Part shown: in pieces, positions 7,250 to 12,530 of the stretch
How the letters are laid out: each line of letters begins with the position of its first letter
Numbering within the stretch: position 1 is the stretch's first letter
Assembly: GCF_006345805.1 (NCBI RefSeq)
Contig: NW_021826353.1
Location: forward strand, 1 to 12,530
Direction of reading: 5' to 3'
Source of the DNA: Octopus sinensis
Lineage: Eukaryota
DNA: 12,530 bases
Program-made: the position numbers and the translations under genes
The notes under the pieces: generated by a model
What the model was told of the DNA's origin: nothing
Seen by the model: the letters and a program-made list of their open reading frames with translations, nothing else
Database searches by the model: none

Positions 7250-8305
7250 GGTGGTGGTGGTAAAAGAGACAGTGATGATGGTGTTGGTAGTGGTGGTGGT
7301 GGTGGTGGTGGTAGAAGAGACAGCGATGATGGTGTTGGTAGTGGTAGTGGTGGTGGTGGTGGTGGTGGTAGAAGAGACAGCGATGATGGTGTTGGTAGTG
7401 GTAGTGGTGGTGGTGGTGGTAGAAGAGACAGTGATGATGGTGTTGGTAGTGGTAGTGGTGGTGGTGGTGGTAAAAGAGACGGTGTTGGTAGTGGTAGTGG
7501 TGGTGGTGGTGGTGGTGGTAGAAGAGACAGTGATGATGGTGTTGGTAGTGGTAGTGGTGGTGGTGGGGTGGTAGAAGAGACAGTGATGATGGTGGTGGTA
7601 GTGGTAGTTGGTGGTGGTGGTGGGGTGGTGGTGGTGGTAAAAGAGACGTGAGGCATGTGTTTTGGTAGTGGTAGTGGTGGTGGTGGTGGTGGTGGTGGTG
7701 GTGGTAAAAGAGACAGTGATGATGGTGTTGGTAGTGGTAGTGGTGGTGGTGGTGGTAGAAGAGACAGTGATGATGGTGTTGGTAGTGGTAGTGGTGGTTG
7801 GTGGTGGTAGAAGAGACAGTGATGATGGTGTTGGTAGTGGTAGTGGTGGTGGTGGTGGTGGTGGTGGTAGAAGAGACAGTGATGATGGTGTTGGTAGTGG
7901 TAGTGGTGGTGGTGGTGGTGGTGGTGGTGGTAAGAGACAGTGATGATGGTGTTGGTAGTGGTAGTGGTGGTGGTGGTGGTGGTAGAAGAGACAGTGATGA
8001 TGGTGTTGGTAGTGGTAGTTGGTGGTGGTGGTGGTAGAAGAGACAGTGATGATGGGTGTTGTGTGGTAGTGGTGGTGGTGGTGGTGGTGGTAAAAGAGAC
8101 AGTGATGATGGTGTTGGTAGTGGTAGTGGTGGTGGTGGTGGTAGAAGAGACAGTGATGATGGTGTTGGTAGTGGTAGTGGTGGTGGTGGTGGTGGTGGTG
8201 GTGGTAAAAGAGACAGTGATGATGGTGTTGGTAGTGGTAGTGGTGGTGGTGGTGGTGGTGGTAGAAGAGACAGCGATGATGGTATTGGTAGTGGTAGCGG
8301 TGGTG
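7250..8305. repeat. Variable-length minisatellite, 19 units of A(G/A)AAGAGACAG(T/C)GATGATGGTGTTGGTAGTGGTAGT plus (GGT)n
   Basis: I counted 19 AGAGAC-containing cores between ~7262 and ~8263, spaced about 48-67 bp apart according to (GGT)n length. Confidence 0.95.
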
Positions 8306-8471
8306 GTGTTGATTTTGGAGGTTGTAGCGTTTGGTTGTTATTTTCTAAATATTGATATTTTCCCGTCTTCTTTCTGCCGACATATTTGTTACACTCAAAT
8401 AAATACGCCAAGATTTCTTAACTCTTTCTCTATCTGTTTGTCTGTTTGTCATTTTACCTGTCCGCCAGCTA

Positions 8472-8472
<1 letters not shown>

Positions 8473-8505
<33 letters not shown>

Positions 8506-8536
8506 ATGTATGTATGTATGTATGTATGTATGTATG

Positions 8537-8614
<78 letters not shown>

Positions 8615-8615
8615 G

Positions 8616-8651
<36 letters not shown>

Positions 8652-8684
8652 GTATTCATCCATCCATCTATCTATCTATCTATA

Positions 8685-8756
<72 letters not shown>
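8473..8756. repeat. Compound tetranucleotide microsatellite (TCTG)8(TATG)8(TATC)n
   Basis: TCTG 8473-8504, TATG 8505-8536, interrupted TATC 8537-8756. Confidence 0.97.
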
Positions 8757-8757
<1 letters not shown>

Positions 8758-8758
<1 letters not shown>

Positions 8759-8970
8759 CTGTGGTCTTTTCGTAGGTTTTTCTTTCCACAGATAAACCTA
8801 CCCATTTCTTGGGAACTTCTTGTACAATTTCGACATTTTTTGCATATATCCCCAACGATTTCGATCCAATTTGATCGTTATCCCTATTTTTTTAAAATTT
8901 GTTTTGCCCCCCTCGAAAAGAAAAGCCCTACATTGTAATTGTCCCCTCTGTGTGGCCAATAAAGAAATTT
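8758..8970 (+). mobile_element. Probable LINE (L1/Tx1-like) 3' UTR end with poly(A) signal
   Basis: T-rich segment ending TGTGGCCAATAAAGAAATT (AATAAA 8958-8963), followed by a TATC-type tail. Family inferred from recalled octopus repeats. Confidence 0.45.
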
Positions 8971-9036
8971 ATCTATCTATCTGTTTGCCTGTTTGACTAC
9001 CAGTCCGCCATCCAGTCTGTCTTTGTCTATCTATGT

Positions 9037-9081
<45 letters not shown>

Positions 9082-9379
9082 AGTCTGCCTGTCAGTCTGT
9101 CTGTTAGTCTACCTGTTTGTCTGCCTGTCTGTCTGCCTCCCTGTCTACCATTTTGTCTTTTTATCTGTCCGCCTTCAGCTCTGTCTGTCTGTCTGTCTGA
9201 CAACCAGTCTGTCTTGTGTCAGCCTGTTTGTCTTCTTTTTGTGTCTGTCTGTTCGTCTCTCTCTATATATATGTCTGTCTGTTTGTCCGTGACTATATCT
9301 ATTTGCCTGTCTGTCAATATACGTATCCGTGTGTCTGCCAGCCTGCGTATATATTTATCTATCTGTCTGTGTATATATA
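8970..9379. repeat. Degenerate TATC/TCTG/CCTG microsatellite region
   Basis: Direct reading, including a pure (CCTG)n run near 9039-9078. Confidence 0.9.
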
Positions 9380-10164
9380 TTTCTTTACTACCCACAAGGG
9401 GCTAAACACAGAGAGGACGAACAAGGACAGACAAACGGACTAAGTCGATTATATCGACCCCAGTACGTAACTGGTACTTATTTAATCGACCCCGAAAGAA
9501 TGAAAGGCAAAGTCGACCTCGGCGGAATTTGAACTCAGAACGTAACGGCAGACGAAATATACCTATTTCTTTATTACCCACAAGGGGCTAAACACAGAGG
9601 GGGACAAACAAGGACGGGCAAACGGATTAAGTCGATTATATCGACCCCAGTGCGTAACTGGTACTTATTTAATCGACCCCGAAAGGATGAAAGGCAAAGT
9701 CGACCTCGGCGGAATTTGAACTCAGAACGTAACGGCAGACAAAATACCTATTTCTTTATTACCCACAAGGGGCTAAACACAGAGAGGACAAACAAGGGCA
9801 GACAAACTGATTAAGTCGATTATATAAATCCCAGTGCGTAACTGGTACTTATTTAATCGACCCCGAAAGGATGAAAGGCAAAGTCGACCTCGGCGGAATT
9901 TGAACTCAGAACGTAGCGGCAGACGAAATACCTATTTCTTTATTACCCACAAGGGGCTAAACACAGAGGGGACAAACAAAGACAGACGAACGGATTAAGT
10001 CAATTATATCGACCCCAGTGCGTAACTGGTACTTATTTAATCGACCTCGAAAGGATGAAAGGCAAAGTCGACCTCGGTGGATATTTGATCTCAGAACATA
10101 AAGACAGACGAAATACCGCTAATCATTTCGCCCGGCATTCTAACGTTTCTGCCAGCTCGCCGCC
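9380..10164 (-). mobile_element. SINE family B with its body tandemly repeated 4 times (184-186 bp)
   Basis: Units begin TTTCTTTA(C/T)TACCCACAAGGGG at 9380, 9566, 9751 and 9935. A single 5' head (minus GGCGGCGAGCTGGCAGAAACGTTAG) ends at 10164. Confidence 0.92.
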
Positions 10165-10175
10165 TTGTGTATACA

Positions 10176-10311
10176 AGTGCAGGCATAGCCGTACGGTTTA
10201 AGTAGCTCGTTTTGCAGCAATGTAGTTCGAAGTTCAATTCCAGGTGCCAACCAAACGCTTCGCCAGTGAATTTGCTTGACGAAAACTGTATGAAAATGTG
10301 TTGTATATATA
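10176..10311 (+). mobile_element. Old diverged 5' part of a family A-like SINE
   Basis: GCAGGCATAGCCGTACGGTTTAAGTAGCT...AGTTCAATTCC...GTGAATTTGCTTGACGAAAACTG...GTATATATA parallels the family A head and middle region. Confidence 0.55.
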
Positions 10312-10614
10312 CAGTGGAACCTACTTTTACGAATGCATCGCTTCACGATTAAATCGATTTACGAACAATTTTTCAAACATAAAACATCTCGGGTAACGAA
10401 CGGTGACTCGAGTAACGAACACGCAAGCGAGAAACAACGGTGGGCAACAAGTTGGGAATATCAGCGGAAGAGAGTCAGTTTGCTGTATCGCTTTCACCCA
10501 ATCCACATCCCTGTTCGAATTTGCTGTGTCTTCTCTTGAATTTCCATGGGAAAAATAGTCCCGGTTTACGAACTTTTTGGGAATGAATTTAATTCGGAAA
10601 CTGAGGTATATCAG

Positions 10615-10616
<2 letters not shown>
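10312..10616. mobile_element. Probable Tc1/mariner (pogo/Tigger-like) non-autonomous element (MITE)
   Basis: Flanked by TA (10310-10311, 10617-10618). Left end CAGTGGAACCT..TTTACGAA; degenerate inverted right end ATTCGGAAACTGAGGTA; repeated internal TTTACGAA/TAACGAA motifs. The right TIR match is poor. Confidence 0.5.
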
Positions 10617-10662
<46 letters not shown>

Positions 10663-10903
10663 AACACACAGACATACACACACACACACACACACACTCA
10701 CAGACACACACAGACACACACACAGACACAGACACACACAGACACACAGACACACACACACACAGACACACAGACACAGACACACACAGACACACACACA
10801 GACACACACAGACATACACACACACACAGACAGACAAACAGACAGACACACACACACAGACACACACACATACACACACATGTATATATAAGTGTGTGTG
10901 TGT
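10617..10903. repeat. (CA)n/(CAGA) compound microsatellite followed by a short (TA)(TG) run
   Basis: Direct reading. Confidence 0.97.
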
Positions 10904-11189
10904 GACGAAAGAGTTTTGGCAAAGTGTTAAAGCAGAAGTGAAGACCAATTATACAGTGCGTGTGTTTAAATGGCAAAATATGACCAACCCTAAGTATAAC
11001 AATCCAGTGGAGTGGGGCACGGGTTCTACTTCGACCCCGCAAGCCCCGTGTCAACACCGTAACCTGTAGATAACCTTATGGATATACTATGCGGGTTCAT
11101 CCATTCTCAACATGCTCGCAACAGCCTTCCACTTTTTTTCCATATACATCAGGTGACAGGCATTTTCTCTCCACCATTATTTTCATTTT

Positions 11190-11452
11190 ATTACGGAGAT
11201 GTACTCGCATAGCAAGTGACCTGATCTGTGATCGTGTGCTGGAACGAAAACAATTGCAGCGTAGAAGGTGTTTGTAAGCCATTTAAGAAACACACAAAAG
11301 CCGTTTGATTCACTTCAACATTTAAGTTTAATTTGTCAAAATATGTCAAAATAAAATATTTTGACAAATTAAACTTAAATGTTGAAGTGAATCGAACGGC
11401 TTTTGTGTGTTTCTTAAATGGCTTACAAACGCCTTCCACGCTGCAATTGTTG
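11190..11452 (-). mobile_element. 263-bp fold-back retroelement insert (possibly Penelope-like) with 7-bp TSD
   Basis: TCATTTT at 11183-11189 and 11453-11459. Inverted arms 11249-11344 and 11356-11451 with 3 mismatches in 96 bp. Confidence 0.85.
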
Positions 11453-11966
11453 TCATTTTTAGGTGGAAAATGAGGAAATTGACCAGCCCAAGGCTGGAGA
11501 TGAATGTACCTGTCACGATTTCTTTCCCGCAGGTCTTCCATATCGTTTCTTTCGCTATAGCGACAAAACGAGCCTTGCTTTCTTTGTTAAAAGATGAAGG
11601 GGGGAACAATCTTTACAATCGACTCGGAAGACAGTTGTACTCTTCGACGTAAACCCACATTTCAGAAATTTTGGAACATTGTAAAATCGCGTGCCGAACG
11701 GTTTCCCTGTCCTGCTCGCATCTTGGGCACATGGTAAACAAGGAGTACCATGGCTAGAGAGTTTATCGTGAACTGGCATGGCCCCTCGGTAACACTACCA
11801 GGCCAGGGATTCTTGGAAGTTATCCAAGGGTCCTGGCCCGAATGCCCTTCGGAACAGGCATCTAGTTGACCATCATCGAAGCCTAGAGTCTTCCCCAGGT
11901 CGTCGTTACACTTAGCTTCTACCAACCCTCTATAGAATGACAAGGTGGAACCTCCGCTACTGGCGT

Positions 11967-12165
11967 TACTCTTTTACTTGTTTCAGTCATTTGACTGCGG
12001 CCATGCTGGAGCACCGCCTTTAGTCGAGCAAATCGACCCCGGGACTTATTCTTTGTAAGCCCAGTACTTATTCTATCGGTCTCTTTTGCCGAACCGCTAA
12101 GTGACGGGGACGTAAACACACCAGCATCGGTTGTCAAGCAATGCTAGGGGACAAACAAAGACACA

Positions 12166-12247
<82 letters not shown>

Positions 12248-12410
12248 TACGACGGGCTTCTTCAGTTTCCGTCTACCAATCCACTCACAAGGCTTTTGGT
12301 CGGCCCGGGGCTAAGCAGGAGACACTTGCCCAGGTGCCACGCAGTGAGACTGAACCCGGAACCATGTGGTTGGTAAACAAGCTACTTACCACACAGCCAC
12401 TCCCTGCGCC
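11967..12410 (-). mobile_element. tRNA-derived SINE family A, full length
   Basis: Very similar to 4341-4782, with internal (CA)n(TA)n. It interrupts the L1/Tx1 remnant. Confidence 0.93.
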
Positions 12411-12530
12411 ACTGCCTGACGACATTCCACTTGCCAAGCACCCAACTTTGGTCTACACTTGATTCAGGTCACCCAAAGGCCTAAAAAGCAAAAACCAAGC
12501 ATAATTAATAGAACTGGTTCCTTCGACTAA

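Larger units (their letters stand above)
6325..8310. repeat. GGT/GTA/GAT-rich low-complexity and minisatellite field
   Basis: Strong G+T strand skew and triplet periodicity throughout. Confidence 0.95.
10945..12530 (-). mobile_element. Decayed L1/Tx1-clade LINE: ORF2 C-terminal region (zf-RVT-type zinc knuckle) and start of 3' UTR
   Basis: Joined minus-strand frames: *IKCRPKLGAWQVECRQA (after the SINE, ~12410-12470); FYRGLVE; LFRRAFGPGPLDNFQESLAW*CYRGAMPVHDKL; CPRCEQDRETVRHAILQC (C-x2-C-x8-H-x4-C, 11676-11729); FVAIAKETIWK; FLIFHLKMKIMVERKCLSP (across the insert). Contains stops and frameshifts. Confidence 0.82.

Noticed and set aside
7250-8305. CRISPR-like pattern of constant repeat plus variable spacer
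   Set aside because: The spacers are only (GGT)n of varying length, not unique sequences; the context is eukaryotic and there are no cas genes.
6393-8411. 672-aa minus-strand Pro/His/Thr-rich ORF
   Set aside because: The C/A-rich strand of GGT repeats almost never contains stops, and the ORF drifts between poly-P, poly-T and poly-H registers at indels, which a real protein would not do.
8506-9532. YLSI/CLPA/CLSV-repeat ORFs
   Set aside because: They are translations of tetranucleotide microsatellites.
10327-11057. Cys-Val or His-Thr rich ORFs resembling metal-binding proteins
   Set aside because: They are translations of the (CA)n/(CAGA) array.
11249-11451. Hairpin as a miRNA precursor or transcription terminator
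   Set aside because: The arms are too long and too perfect and lie within a TSD-bounded insertion; a fold-back TE origin explains them.
11450-11660. Possible plus-strand exon after TTTTTAG (VENEEIDQPK...) or hAT-like NWHGP motif nearby
   Set aside because: The minus strand explains the region as L1/Tx1 ORF2 with a CCHC knuckle, and the plus frames hit stops quickly.

Overview
AT-rich, repeat-saturated eukaryotic DNA with no recognisable host gene, RNA gene, CRISPR array or prokaryotic feature. The mix of tRNA-derived SINEs, non-LTR retrotransposon remnants and (TA)/(CA)/(TATC)/(ATT)/(GGT) repeats looks like a coleoid cephalopod (Octopus) genome; this is inference from recalled repeat families, not a database result. 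About 844-5830 (minus) is one decayed R4/Dong-type LINE (RT with YMDD, C-terminal restriction-like endonuclease). It is interrupted by a young RTE LINE 3' fragment with a 10-bp TSD, three SINEs, a GC-rich block and a copy of its own upstream sequence. About 6300-8310 is a GGT-rich minisatellite field (6 x 48 bp, then 19 units with a fixed core and variable (GGT)n). About 8470-10900 holds microsatellites, a LINE-like 3' end, a 4 x ~185 bp tandemised SINE and a probable Tc1/pogo MITE. About 10945-12530 (minus) is a decayed L1/Tx1 ORF2 C-terminus with a CCHC zinc knuckle, split by a SINE and by a 263-bp insert carrying a 96-bp near-perfect hairpin and a 7-bp TSD. Most long ORFs in the track are repeat artefacts. 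I found no convincing new biological system; the best leads are retrotransposition-mechanism signatures and a speculative repeat-encoded polypeptide.
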